In this document: one piece after another, positions 8,111 to 17,228 of the stretch
How positions within the stretch are numbered: the stretch's first letter is position 1
Layout of the letters: each line of letters begins with the position of its first letter
NCBI GenBank assembly: GCA_035498015.1
Contig: DATKAO010000018.1
Coordinates: 1,835 to 65,834 of the forward strand
Length of the DNA stretch: 64,000 nucleotides
Direction: 5' to 3'
DNA from: Myxococcota bacterium
Lineage (GTDB): Bacteria > Myxococcota_A > UBA9160 > SZUA-336
The notes under the pieces: model-generated
What the model was told of the DNA's origin: nothing
Database searches by the model: none
Seen by the model: the letters and a program-made list of their open reading frames with translations, nothing else
Translations under genes and position numbers: made by a program

Positions 8111-9864
8111 TTGCCGCGCTGCTCGCGGTCACGCTCACGGTCGGCTCGGGCGACACGCTGCTGTTCGGCACCACCTCGGCGCCCGGGCTCGAAGTGAGTC
8201 CGGCGGACCCCAACCGGGCGTTCATCGCCGACTCGGAGACCGACCCGGGCATCTACCCGCTGCGAACGGCGACCGGCCAGTCGCTGGCGCTCGTGACTCC
8301 GTCGTACGGGCTCGCGGGCAACCTGAACTGCAGCGAGTCGTCGCCCTTCAACACCCCGCGCCTCGGGGGCTTCTGGCTCGAGCCCACGGGGCCCACCCGC
8401 GGCTGGATCCACACCTCGGCCTGCGAGCTGGCCGTGCCGTTCAACTACGCGACCGGCGCGGGAGTCACGATCAGCTACTCCGGCCAGACCCGCACGGCGG
8501 TGCCCACGCGGCAGACGCTCACGGGCGCGTTCACGCGCTACCAGAACGGCGGCGGCGGCGCGGCGATCACGAGCTTCAAGACCAACTTCACCTCCGGCGT
8601 GGTGCGAGTCGGGAACCGGCTGGTCGTGGCCAGCTCGAACCTGCAGCAGACCGGCTCGAACCCGGTCTACAACCCGGGCACGGTGCTGTTCTTCACGCTC
8701 GACGACTCCGGCTCCACGCCGGCGATCGCGCCGGCCAGCCCGTTCTTCGCCATCACCTCGGACCCGAACCCGATCGCGCTCAGCGTGCTGCCGGGCGGGC
8801 GCGTGGCCGTCACGAACGCGGGCATCTTCGACGCCTCGTTCCCGCCGCTGGTCACGGGTCAGGGCTCGATCGACATCATCGATCCGCAGAGCGGGTCACT
8901 CGTGGGCTCGATCCCGCTGGGCGCCGCCAACCCTTCGAGCGCGCTCGCGCTCGACCCGACCGGCTCGGTGGGAGTCACCGGCTCCGCCACGTTCCGGCGC
9001 CTGTACGCCGTCGACCTGCGCGGCGTGGACGCGCTGCCGGCGGCGCCCGTCGACCCGCGCGTGCAGCGGCCCTCGTGCAACGACGGCAGCGGTCCGAGCG
9101 CCGGCGGCGTGCCGTGCCTGCGCTCGCGCGTGGTGCGCGGCGGCGCGAGCCCGATCGTGCTGTCGCCGCCGCCCGGCTCGGGCGGCGTGTACTCCTACGT
9201 GCCCGTGACCCGCTTCGCGCCCTCGGGTGACTTCGCGGCGGCGACCTCCTACAACGACGGCGGGCTCGCGCTGGCGGCGTTCGACCCGCGCAACCTCGCG
9301 CGCTCTCACCCGCTGCTCGCCTCGCGCTTCGGCCCGCCCGAGACACTCGCCGCGACCGGTGCGGCCGGAGTGATCGGCCAGGAGTGCTGCCCCGGCCCGC
9401 TGCTCCTGCGCGCGACCGGCGGCGCCGGACTCACGACCACCGACGCGCTGTTCGCGACCGCCAGCCCGAGCGGCTTCGTGGTGCGCGGCCACCTGGGCGG
9501 CAGCCTCGCGCCCGCGGGCGGCGACGCCGACGGCGACGGCGTGGAGGACGCGCTCGACGTGTGCCCGCTCGCCGCCGATCCGGGTCAGGCCGACTCGGGC
9601 GGCGTGGGCAGTGCGGCGCCGCCCGACGGCGTCGGCAACGCGTGTCAGTGCGGCGACGTCTCCGACGACGGCCACGTCGACGTGGCCGACGTGATGGCGC
9701 TGCGCGACTTCCTGTCGCGGCCGTCCGTTCCGCTGCCCGCGCCGCAGAAGTGCGACGTGGGCTCGCTCGCCGGCGGGGCCTGCGACGTGCTCGACGCGGC
9801 GCTGTTGCGGCGGGCGCTCGCCGGGCTCGCGCCGGGGATCGGGTTCGGCTGCGAGCTCCAGTAG
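8107..9864 (+). CDS. secreted beta-rich (propeller-like) protein with C-terminal dockerin/thrombospondin-type Ca-binding repeats; co-transcribed with btuB
   Basis: GTG start overlaps the btuB stop (GTGA). It is the coding tail of the long ORF 6082..9864, whose first 2 kb is a frame-shadow of btuB. Hydrophobic N-terminus, repeated Gly/Ser/Thr-rich beta-strand segments, C-terminal DADGDGVEDALDVCP and CQCGDVSDDGHVDVADVMALRDFL. Confidence 0.55.
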   Translation: MIAALLAVTLTVGSGDTLLFGTTSAPGLEVSPADPNRAFIADSETDPGIYPLRTATGQSLALVTPSYGLAGNLNCSESSPFNTPRLGGFWLEPTGPTRGWIHTSACELAVPFNYATGAGVTISYSGQTRTAVPTRQTLTGAFTRYQNGGGGAAITSFKTNFTSGVVRVGNRLVVASSNLQQTGSNPVYNPGTVLFFTLDDSGSTPAIAPASPFFAITSDPNPIALSVLPGGRVAVTNAGIFDASFPPLVTGQGSIDIIDPQSGSLVGSIPLGAANPSSALALDPTGSVGVTGSATFRRLYAVDLRGVDALPAAPVDPRVQRPSCNDGSGPSAGGVPCLRSRVVRGGASPIVLSPPPGSGGVYSYVPVTRFAPSGDFAAATSYNDGGLALAAFDPRNLARSHPLLASRFGPPETLAATGAAGVIGQECCPGPLLLRATGGAGLTTTDALFATASPSGFVVRGHLGGSLAPAGGDADGDGVEDALDVCPLAADPGQADSGGVGSAAPPDGVGNACQCGDVSDDGHVDVADVMALRDFLSRPSVPLPAPQKCDVGSLAGGACDVLDAALLRRALAGLAPGIGFGCELQ

Positions 9865-9875
9865 ACTGCGCGGCC

Positions 9876-10607
9876 ATGGGCCGCGTGCGCCAGATCGCGG
9901 GCGTTCTGGAGATCGAGCGCGCGCTGCGCGCGGCCGAGGACGTGCGCCTCCTGCTCGTCGCCGACGACGCGCGCGCCGAGGACGTGCGCCGGCTGATCGC
10001 CAGCGCCGAGGAGCGCGGCGTGGCGGTCCGCACGATCACCCGCAACGTGATCGCGAGACTCTCCGTGGTCCGGCCCGCCGAGGACGCGCTCGCGCTCGTG
10101 GGCCGTGACCCGGCGGCGAGCCTCGACGAGTCACTCGCGCGCGGCGGCGCCTTCTGGCTGCTGGTCGGGGTGGCGTACCCCGGCAACGTGGGCATGGTGG
10201 TGCGCACCGCCGAGGTCTCGGGCGCCGACGGCATCGCGGTCGATGCCGGCTTCGACCATGAGGCCAAGCGCGCCGCGCTGCGCGCCTCGATGCGCGCCGA
10301 CAAGTTCATGCCCGTGTTCTGGGCCCGCGCGCAGGAGGTGCTCGACGCGGCCCGGGCGCACGGCCACCGCGTGCTCGCCGTCGACGAGGCGGGCGAGGCG
10401 AGTCATTTCGCCACCGACCTGACCGGGCCGCGCGTGTTCGTGGTGGGCGGCGAGAACGGGGGCGTTCCGCCCGAGGTGCTGGCGCGCTGCGACGCGCGCG
10501 TGCGCGTGCCCATGGCGGGCTTCATCCCTTGTTACAATCTCCAGGCTGCCGTCTCGGCCGTCGCGGTCGAGAGACTGCGGCAGCTGCTCGCGGCCGGCCA
10601 GGAGTGA
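9876..10607 (+). CDS. SpoU/TrmH-family RNA 2'-O-methyltransferase
   Basis: ATG at 9876 in-frame within ORF 9384..10607. Motifs WLLVGVAYPGNVGMVVRTAEVSGADGI and VFVVGGENGGVPPEVL, and a C-terminal SPOUT knot region. Confidence 0.75.
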   Translation: MGRVRQIAGVLEIERALRAAEDVRLLLVADDARAEDVRRLIASAEERGVAVRTITRNVIARLSVVRPAEDALALVGRDPAASLDESLARGGAFWLLVGVAYPGNVGMVVRTAEVSGADGIAVDAGFDHEAKRAALRASMRADKFMPVFWARAQEVLDAARAHGHRVLAVDEAGEASHFATDLTGPRVFVVGGENGGVPPEVLARCDARVRVPMAGFIPCYNLQAAVSAVAVERLRQLLAAGQE

Positions 10608-10681
10608 GCCACTCCTTAGACTCGACTCACGACGAGTGCGAGCGGAGCCGGCGGGAGAGCGACCTGCTACCCAAGCGCTTC

Positions 10682-12922
10682 ATGCAGCAACGCGGGGACG
10701 CACGGCTGGAAGGGCCGCCGATCGCGCGGGTGCTCGCGGCCGTCGCCGCGGGGGCGCTCGTCGACTTCGCGCTCTTCGCCTGGCTGGCGCGGCGCGGGGT
10801 GCTGCTGGCCGGCGCGAACCTGGCCGCCGGTGGCGCGGGCGCGGCGCTCGCGCTCCCGCTGTGCTTCCGGGGGCTCTACGGCCGGCGCGCGCTGCGCTTC
10901 GGGGCAGTGAGTCTCCTGGCGATCTTCCTGCGCGGCGGCGCGCTCGCCAGCCTGGCGCGCAATACGGCTCTCGGGCCGCTCGCGGCGTTCGCGCTCGCGC
11001 AGGCCGCCGGGCTCGCGATCCTGGCCGCGACCGTGCGCGGCTTCGTGCTCGCCCCCGAGCTCCGTCCCGAAACGCGCGAGCGCGCGCTGCAGCTCGCGTG
11101 TCTGGGCGTGGCCGCCTACCTGCTGGCCCTGCGCATCGCGTACGCGGGCGCGCTCGAGCTCCTGCCCGAGGAGGCCTACTACTGGAGCTACGCCCAGCAC
11201 CTGGACCTGTCGTATCTGGACCATCCGCCGCTCGTCGCCTGGCTGATCTCCGCGGGCACCAAGCTCGTCGGTCACAGTGAGTGGAGCGTGCGGCTGGGCG
11301 CGATCGCGTGCTCGGTGATCACCGCAACCTGCTGCGGCGCGCTGACCGTGCGCTGGTTCGGACGCACCGCGGGCGCGGCGGCGGTCGCGCTGCTCTCGGC
11401 CACTCCGTTCGGCTTCGCGAGCGGCGTGCTCATGACTCCCGATGCGCCGCTGGCGGCGGCCTGGGCCGGTGCGCTGCTGGCGCTGTGGTACGCGCTGGTC
11501 GAGCTGCGCCCGCGCGCCTGGCCGTGGGTCGGCGCGTGTCTGGGCGTGGGCCTGCTCGCGAAGTACACGATCGCGCTGCTCGGCGTGGGCGCGCTCCTGT
11601 TCCTGCTGGCCGACCGCCGCGCGCGCGGCGAGCTGCGCCGGCCCGGTCCGTATCTCGCGGGCCTGGTCGCGCTCGCGCTGTTCTCGCCCGTGCTGATCTG
11701 GAACTACCAGAACGACTGGGCGTCGTTCCTGTTCCAGACCCGGCGCAGGCTCGACGACCCGGCGGCCTTCGGCCTGCACCGGCTGATCGGCAGCGTGCTC
11801 GTGTTGCTCGGCCCGGGCGCGCTCGCCGCGCTGTTCGCGCTGCGCCGCAGTCAGGTCCGGCGCGCGCTCGACCCCGAGCCGTCGGGCAGCGAGCGCAAGC
11901 GCCACTGGCGCTTCGCGGCGCTGGCCGTGTTCGCGCCGCTGGTCGTGTTCGTGCTGTTCTCGCTTGCGCACCAGCCCAAGGTGAACTGGACCGGGCCGCT
12001 CTGGCTCGCGCTGCTGCCCGCGGCCGCCGCGCTGCTCGTGCGCGCCGGGCTGGCGCGCGACGATCGCGCGGGCCGGCTGGCCGCCTCGCTCACCGCGCCG
12101 AGTCTCTGGCTCGCGCTGCTCGGCTACGGCTTCGGGTTGCACTCACTCGCGCTCGGTGTGCCCGGCAGCGAGTTCCCCAACGGCACGCGCTGGGCGCAGC
12201 ACTGGCGCGCGATCGCCGCATCGGTCGACGGCTTCGCGCAGAGAGTGCGCGCCGAGACGGGCCAGTCACCCGTGATCGTGACCTTCGACCGCTACGCCAC
12301 CTCGAGCCTGATCGGCTTCTACCAGCCCCAGGGCGGACCGCGCTGGCGCCTGGGCGGCCGATCGCTGTTCGGCGCGGGCGAGAGCCTGATGTACGGCTAC
12401 TGGACGCCGCCCGACTCGGTCGCAGGAGAGACGCTCCTGTGCGTGTCCGACGACCTCGGGGACATGCAGCTGCCGATCCGCTTCGGACACGCGGGCGAGA
12501 TCGGCAGCATTCCCGTCGCCGGCGACGACCCGCTGTTCGTGCGCGCGCTGTACGGCTACGAGCCGGGCGCGCTCTCGGGCACGAAGCGGAAGAACGCGGC
12601 GGCCTCGAGCACCGCGGACTCTGCCGCCTCGAGCTCGCACATGCTGCCCAGCTCGCGGATGCCTTCGGTGGCGCGCTGGTCGAGCCCGAGCTCCTCGGGC
12701 TTGGCGGCCTTGGCCTTGCCGAGTGACTCGACGATCTTCGGCGCCCACTCCGGCCGCGGCTCGCCCTTGGTGTCGAACACCACCGCGCTCCAGTCCGGCC
12801 CGTCCTTGAACACGCAGATCACGCCCGCGCCGCGCAGCTCGGCCGAGGGCACCGTGAACATGGCCGCGCGGCCGCGCACGCCGTCCTCGAGCTCGAGCAG
12901 GAGACCCTCGACCAGCGGGTGA
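10682..12922 (+). CDS. GT39-family (ArnT/PMT-like) membrane glycosyltransferase with a GtrA-like N-terminal segment
   Basis: ATG at 10682. EEAYYWSYAQHLDLSYLDHPPLVAWLI motif and more than 10 TM helices. No stop until 12922; the last ~120 aa are Ser-rich low complexity that overlaps rapA on the opposite strand. Confidence 0.7.
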   Translation: MQQRGDARLEGPPIARVLAAVAAGALVDFALFAWLARRGVLLAGANLAAGGAGAALALPLCFRGLYGRRALRFGAVSLLAIFLRGGALASLARNTALGPLAAFALAQAAGLAILAATVRGFVLAPELRPETRERALQLACLGVAAYLLALRIAYAGALELLPEEAYYWSYAQHLDLSYLDHPPLVAWLISAGTKLVGHSEWSVRLGAIACSVITATCCGALTVRWFGRTAGAAAVALLSATPFGFASGVLMTPDAPLAAAWAGALLALWYALVELRPRAWPWVGACLGVGLLAKYTIALLGVGALLFLLADRRARGELRRPGPYLAGLVALALFSPVLIWNYQNDWASFLFQTRRRLDDPAAFGLHRLIGSVLVLLGPGALAALFALRRSQVRRALDPEPSGSERKRHWRFAALAVFAPLVVFVLFSLAHQPKVNWTGPLWLALLPAAAALLVRAGLARDDRAGRLAASLTAPSLWLALLGYGFGLHSLALGVPGSEFPNGTRWAQHWRAIAASVDGFAQRVRAETGQSPVIVTFDRYATSSLIGFYQPQGGPRWRLGGRSLFGAGESLMYGYWTPPDSVAGETLLCVSDDLGDMQLPIRFGHAGEIGSIPVAGDDPLFVRALYGYEPGALSGTKRKNAAASSTADSAASSSHMLPSSRMPSVARWSSPSSSGLAALALPSDSTIFGAHSGRGSPLVSNTTALQSGPSLNTQITPAPRSSAEGTVNMAARPRTPSSSSSRRPSTSG

Positions 12923-14916
12923 CCGCTGGCGAAGAACTCGAGCTCGTCCTTCTCCAGCGCCTCCACGCGGTCGAAGGTGCCGAGCCAGCGGCTCTCGTCG
13001 CGCACGCCGGGCAGTGACTCGACCGTGAGCGAGGTGCCCATCTCCAGGTAGTAGAGCGCCGTGCCGCCCTTCTCGACGATCTTGAGCCCGAGGTCGTTGG
13101 CCGCGCCCAGGCAGAAGCGGCGCATGTGCTGCTCGAGCTCGGGCGGCACGAGCGCGAGCAGGCGCTCGGCCTGCGAGGCGTCGTAGGCGTCGCGGTAGAT
13201 CACGCGCGGAATGTCGGCGACCTGCTGGGCGCGCGCGGCGTCGATCTCGGCCACCAGCGCGTCGACGTCGATCGCGCTCTCGTCGGCCTGCGCGCGCTCC
13301 ACCGCCGCGCGCACGCCGGCCAGCGCCAGGTCGAGCCCCGCCGACGGGCGCGCGAACAGGTCGAGTCTCTCGTACAGCCGCGCCACGTCGGGCTGCGCGT
13401 GCGCGCCCCGGAAGTACACGATCTCGACGTCTTTCGTGCGGCCGATGCGGTCGAGCCGGCCGATGCGCTGCTCGAGCGCGACCGGGTCGCTCGGCAGGTC
13501 GTAGTGCACCATGCGGTCGCAGAACTGGAAGTTGCGGCCCTCGGCGCCGGCCTCGGTGCAGATCAGCACGGGCAGGTGGGTCTCGCGGAAGCGCGCGACC
13601 TCGATGTCGCGCTGCGCGGGCGTCAGTGACTCGTGGAAGACGGCGATGTGCGTGCGCGTGGCCTGCTCGAGCTGCTTCTTCAGCTTCTCGAGCCGGTCTA
13701 GGTCGTGCACGAAGACCAGCGCCTTCTCCTTCTTCCGGTGCCACTCGCGCACGCGCGCCGACAGCCACTCGGTGCGCGGATCCTTGCGCGGGTCCTTGCC
13801 GAACGCGGCCACGTCGACCGGCTCGGGCTTGCGCGGCGGCAGGCCGCCCAGGTCGGAGCGGCGCACGGCGCTCGTGCAGGGAAACACCGCCCCGCCCGAG
13901 CCGACGGCGGCGTCGAAGGCCTCGAACGACGCGAAGCTCTCCGGGTGCAAGAGCTGCAGCAGGTGGAAGAAGCCGCGCTTGTCGGCCGAGAGCGGCGTGG
14001 CCGTGAGCAGGATCGAGTGAGTGGCGCTCTTCACCAGCGGCGCGACCGCGGCGTCGAAGTGCTCGAGCGCCAGCCGGTGCGCCTCGTCGACGATCACCAG
14101 GTCGAGGTCCGCGTTGCGCGCCTGGCGCGCGAGCGCCGGGTCCGCCGCCAGGTCCTCCATCGAGACCACGCCGAAGGGGTGCACGTCGAAGGGGTTGTTG
14201 CCCTCGCCGTAGTCGCGCTCGACGCTCTCGATGCGCGCCTCGTCGATCAGCACGAACACCTGGTGGAACTTGCGGTAGAGCTCGCCGAGCCACTGCACGG
14301 TCAAGGTCGACGGGGCGATCACGAGCGCGCGCTTGGCGCGGCCGGTGCGGATCAAGGCCGAGAGGATGAGACACGCGACGATGGTCTTGCCCAGCCCGAC
14401 CTCGTCGGCCAGGAGCCAGCGCACGGGGTCGGTGCGCACCGCCGCCAGGGCCGTGTGCAGCTGGTGCGGGAACAAGGCGATGCGCCCGCCCAGGAACGAG
14501 CCCAGCCCGCCGGCCTCGCGCAGCTTGCGCAGCTGCAGGCCCTCGATGCGGTTGCGGAACGAGCCCATCCGATCCAGCCGGAACTGCGCCAGTCGTTCGA
14601 TCGGCCCGGAGCTTTGCTCCAGAGGCCAGATCTCCTTGTCCTCGACGCGCCGGCCGTCGGCGAGCACGTAGCGCTCGCCGTCCCAGCTGGCGATGCGCAC
14701 CTCGGTGCTCGTCGCCAGCTCGATCGCAGGTGCGCCGGGCGGCAGGATCATCGGCACGAGGCCCGCGCCCTGCGCGGCCATCGTGACTTCGCGCTCGACC
14801 GCCGGGAAGTAGACCACCAGATAGCGGCCCTCGACGCGCCGGACGAAGCCCACCCCTAGCTCGGGGTTGTAGGGGTGGACCAGCTTGCTGCCTTCCCTCC
14901 AGGCAGGAGTGGTCAT
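12556..14916 (-). CDS. rapA: RNA polymerase-associated SNF2-family ATPase RapA/HepA
   Basis: N-terminus LVHPYNPELGVGFVRRVEG resembles the RapA N-domain. DEAH-box helicase motifs LLADEVGLGKTIVA and LVIVDEAHRL, plus a helicase-C region. Start chosen at the internal ATG 14916 to avoid a divergent overlap with the neighbouring start. Confidence 0.75.
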   Translation of the reverse strand: MTTPAWREGSKLVHPYNPELGVGFVRRVEGRYLVVYFPAVEREVTMAAQGAGLVPMILPPGAPAIELATSTEVRIASWDGERYVLADGRRVEDKEIWPLEQSSGPIERLAQFRLDRMGSFRNRIEGLQLRKLREAGGLGSFLGGRIALFPHQLHTALAAVRTDPVRWLLADEVGLGKTIVACLILSALIRTGRAKRALVIAPSTLTVQWLGELYRKFHQVFVLIDEARIESVERDYGEGNNPFDVHPFGVVSMEDLAADPALARQARNADLDLVIVDEAHRLALEHFDAAVAPLVKSATHSILLTATPLSADKRGFFHLLQLLHPESFASFEAFDAAVGSGGAVFPCTSAVRRSDLGGLPPRKPEPVDVAAFGKDPRKDPRTEWLSARVREWHRKKEKALVFVHDLDRLEKLKKQLEQATRTHIAVFHESLTPAQRDIEVARFRETHLPVLICTEAGAEGRNFQFCDRMVHYDLPSDPVALEQRIGRLDRIGRTKDVEIVYFRGAHAQPDVARLYERLDLFARPSAGLDLALAGVRAAVERAQADESAIDVDALVAEIDAARAQQVADIPRVIYRDAYDASQAERLLALVPPELEQHMRRFCLGAANDLGLKIVEKGGTALYYLEMGTSLTVESLPGVRDESRWLGTFDRVEALEKDELEFFASGHPLVEGLLLELEDGVRGRAAMFTVPSAELRGAGVICVFKDGPDWSAVVFDTKGEPRPEWAPKIVESLGKAKAAKPEELGLDQRATEGIRELGSMCELEAAESAVLEAAAFFRFVPESAPGS

Positions 14917-15019
14917 GGAAAGGGGGTGGGTAGCCCACTCGGCCAATCTTGCAAAGACCCTCTCTTGAACCGCGCGCGTCGTCGGATCTAGGCTTGCGCA
15001 CCCAGCGAGGGGAGGGGTC

Positions 15020-16213
15020 ATGTCCTTCGAGGTTCCAGAGCATGTGCGCGAGGTCCGCGACCGGGTCGCGCGCTTCGTCGAGGAGCGCTGCTACCCCGTC
15101 GAGCCCCTCGTCGAGGAGCGCGGCGGCGAGCAGGGCCGCGCGGTCATGCGCGACCTGATGAAGGCGGCCAAGGAAGAGGGCCTGTGGGCGCTCGGTCACC
15201 CGCGCGAGATCGGCGGCCACGGCATGCCCTTCCTCGACTACGTGTACGTGAACGAGGTGGTCGGCCGTTCGAGCGTGGCCATGGTCGCGCTCGGCACTCA
15301 CTCGCTGCAGGACTCGCTCATGCTGCACGAGTTCGCTGACAGCGAGTGGCGCGACAAGTACCTGCGCCCGCTCGTCGACGGAGACGTGTTCCCGAGCTTC
15401 GCCATGACCGAGCCCGACGTCGCGAGCTCCGACCCCACGCAGCTCCAGACGCGTGCCGATCTCCAGGGCGACCACTGGGTGATCAACGGCCGCAAGTGGT
15501 TCACCAGCGGGGCGGACGTGGCGGCCTACACCACCGTCATGTGCCGCACCGAGCCCGACGCGCAGTCACACGACGCGTTCTCGATGATCATCGTGCCCAC
15601 CGACACGCCCGGCTACAACATCGTGCGCGACGTGCGCGTCATGGGTCACTACGGCGGCCACTGCGAGGTGCAGTACGACAACGTGCGCGTGCCCCGCAAG
15701 AACCTGCTCGGCCCGCGCGGCGGCGGGTTCAAGATCGCCCAGCGCCGGCTCGGCCCGGGCCGCATCTTCCACTGCATGCGCTGGCTCGGCCAGGCGCAGC
15801 GCGCGTTCGACCTCTTGTGCGAGCGCGCGAACTCGCGTGTGGCCTTCGGCAAGACCCTCGGCCAGCACCAGCAGATCCAGAAGTTCGTGTTCGACAGCCT
15901 GTGCGAGATACAGGCAAGTCGCATGCTCACCCTGGCGGCCGCGCAGAAGATCGACCGCGGCGACGAGGCGCGGGTCGAGATCGGCATGATCAAGGTCTAC
16001 GGCGCGCAAATGCTGCACAACGTGGTCGACCGCGCGATCCAGGTCTGGGGCGCGAAGGGCGTCACCGAGGACACCCCGCTCGAGCGCATGTACCGCCACG
16101 CCCGCTTCGCGCGCATCTACGACGGCCCGGACGAGGTGCACGTGACCACCACGGCCCGGCGGGTGCTCGCTTCCTACAAGATCGGGGACGGCTGGGACTT
16201 TGGGCAGCACTGA
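15020..16213 (+). CDS. acyl-CoA dehydrogenase
   Basis: 397 aa with the ACAD three-domain pattern and the YDGPDEVH C-terminal motif. Confidence 0.85.
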   Translation: MSFEVPEHVREVRDRVARFVEERCYPVEPLVEERGGEQGRAVMRDLMKAAKEEGLWALGHPREIGGHGMPFLDYVYVNEVVGRSSVAMVALGTHSLQDSLMLHEFADSEWRDKYLRPLVDGDVFPSFAMTEPDVASSDPTQLQTRADLQGDHWVINGRKWFTSGADVAAYTTVMCRTEPDAQSHDAFSMIIVPTDTPGYNIVRDVRVMGHYGGHCEVQYDNVRVPRKNLLGPRGGGFKIAQRRLGPGRIFHCMRWLGQAQRAFDLLCERANSRVAFGKTLGQHQQIQKFVFDSLCEIQASRMLTLAAAQKIDRGDEARVEIGMIKVYGAQMLHNVVDRAIQVWGAKGVTEDTPLERMYRHARFARIYDGPDEVHVTTTARRVLASYKIGDGWDFGQH

Positions 16214-16264
16214 GCGCGGCCACCCGAATCCGCCTCCGCTCATTTTGTAAAACCACAGATTCTT

Positions 16265-16325
16265 GTTGACGCCGCCTTGGTCCGACCGGTATAACCCGCT
16301 CAGATCAGAACCGAAATTCGGGTTC
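16265..16325 (+). promoter_or_regulatory. putative sigma70-type promoter (TTGACG ... TATAAC) plus palindromic operator GAACCGAAATTCGGGTTC upstream of tetR
   Basis: TTGACG at 16265, TATAAC at about 16290 (19-nt spacer), near-perfect inverted repeat at 16308..16325, about 85 nt upstream of the TetR start. Confidence 0.35.
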
Positions 16326-16411
16326 GTGGCTTTTAGTTCAAAACTGCGGACCGAACAGTCCATCGACCGACCACCGCGCCTCACTCGAGCGCCTCACTCG
16401 AAGGAGACCCC

Positions 16412-17092
16412 ATGGCCGCCCCCCAGCTCTCGACCCCCAGCGCCCCACTTCCGGAGCTCGTGTGGGTCCGCCCGCCGCAGCAGGCGCGGAGTCAGCTGAC
16501 TCTCTCGCGCATCCTCGACGCGACGGAAGCGCTGCTGAACGAGAAGAGCTGGGAGGACGCGTCGGTCGCGGAAATCGCGCGCCGCGCGGGATCGTCGGTG
16601 GGCGCGTTCTACACGCGCTTCCCGGACAAGGACAGCCTGCTCGCGGCGCTGCACCAGCGCTTCGTGGAAGAGGCGTGGGCGACCGCGCAGGTGGCGCTCG
16701 ACGACAAGCGCTGGGCAGGCGCGTCGATCTGCGAGATCGTGCGCGAGCTCGTCGCGTTCCAGGTGCGCGTGAACGACCAGCGCCGCGGCCAGCTGCGCGC
16801 CTTCGCGCTGCGCAGCATCAACGACCCGAGCTTCTACGCGCGCGCCGAGAGACTCTCGAAGCAGATGGAGGAGCTGTTCGTGAAGCTCGTGGTCGCACGG
16901 CGCCATGAGATCCTCCACCCGATCCCGGTGGTCGCCGCGGGCTTCGTGGGCCGCATGATCAACGCCATGCTCACCAGCCGCCTGCTCGACGCGAAGTTCG
17001 TGCCGCCTGGAATCTCGTTCGTCGACGAGCTCACCCACGCCGCGCTCGCCTATCTCGGGGTGTTTCCGGAAGACGCGATCGACGTCTTATAG
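16412..17092 (+). CDS. TetR-family transcriptional regulator
   Basis: HTH LSRILDATEALLNEKSWEDASVAEIARRAGSSVGAFYTRFPDKDSLL. Confidence 0.85.
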   Translation: MAAPQLSTPSAPLPELVWVRPPQQARSQLTLSRILDATEALLNEKSWEDASVAEIARRAGSSVGAFYTRFPDKDSLLAALHQRFVEEAWATAQVALDDKRWAGASICEIVRELVAFQVRVNDQRRGQLRAFALRSINDPSFYARAERLSKQMEELFVKLVVARRHEILHPIPVVAAGFVGRMINAMLTSRLLDAKFVPPGISFVDELTHAALAYLGVFPEDAIDVL

Positions 17093-17167
17093 ACTTCGTT
17101 CGCCTGCGGCTCACTGCGCTCGGCTTGCGCCGCTTGCGGGCCTCGCTCAGGGCGGCCTTCGCTCGGC
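17092..17167. repeat. about 75-bp repeat, copy A (inverted relative to copy B at 19106..19180)
   Basis: The sequence gacttcgttcgcctgcggctcactgcgc...cctcgctcagggcggccttcgctcggc is the reverse complement of 19106..19180, apart from about 10 central mismatches. Confidence 0.6.
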
Positions 17168-17228
17168 TGCGCGCAGGTTCTGAAGCTGCGTTGACCCCGT
17201 TCGAGTGCGCGGGGCAAGCTACGCGCCG

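Noticed and set aside
6082-9864. Single 1260-aa ORF spanning btuB and the downstream gene
   Set aside because: Its first 2 kb is an off-frame read of btuB (nonsense composition). Only the part from the GTG at 8107 reads as protein, so it was split into btuB plus a separate downstream CDS.
10601-10615. Hairpin GGAGTG-agc-CACTCC containing the trmH stop codon
   Set aside because: 6-bp stem with no downstream T-tract; more likely another instance of the iterated GAGTSACTC-family word than a terminator.
16214-16250. Possible terminator after the acyl-CoA dehydrogenase (AGCGCGG...CCTCCGCTCATTTTG)
   Set aside because: The stem is imperfect (mismatches) and short. The T-tract is suggestive but the evidence is too weak to call.
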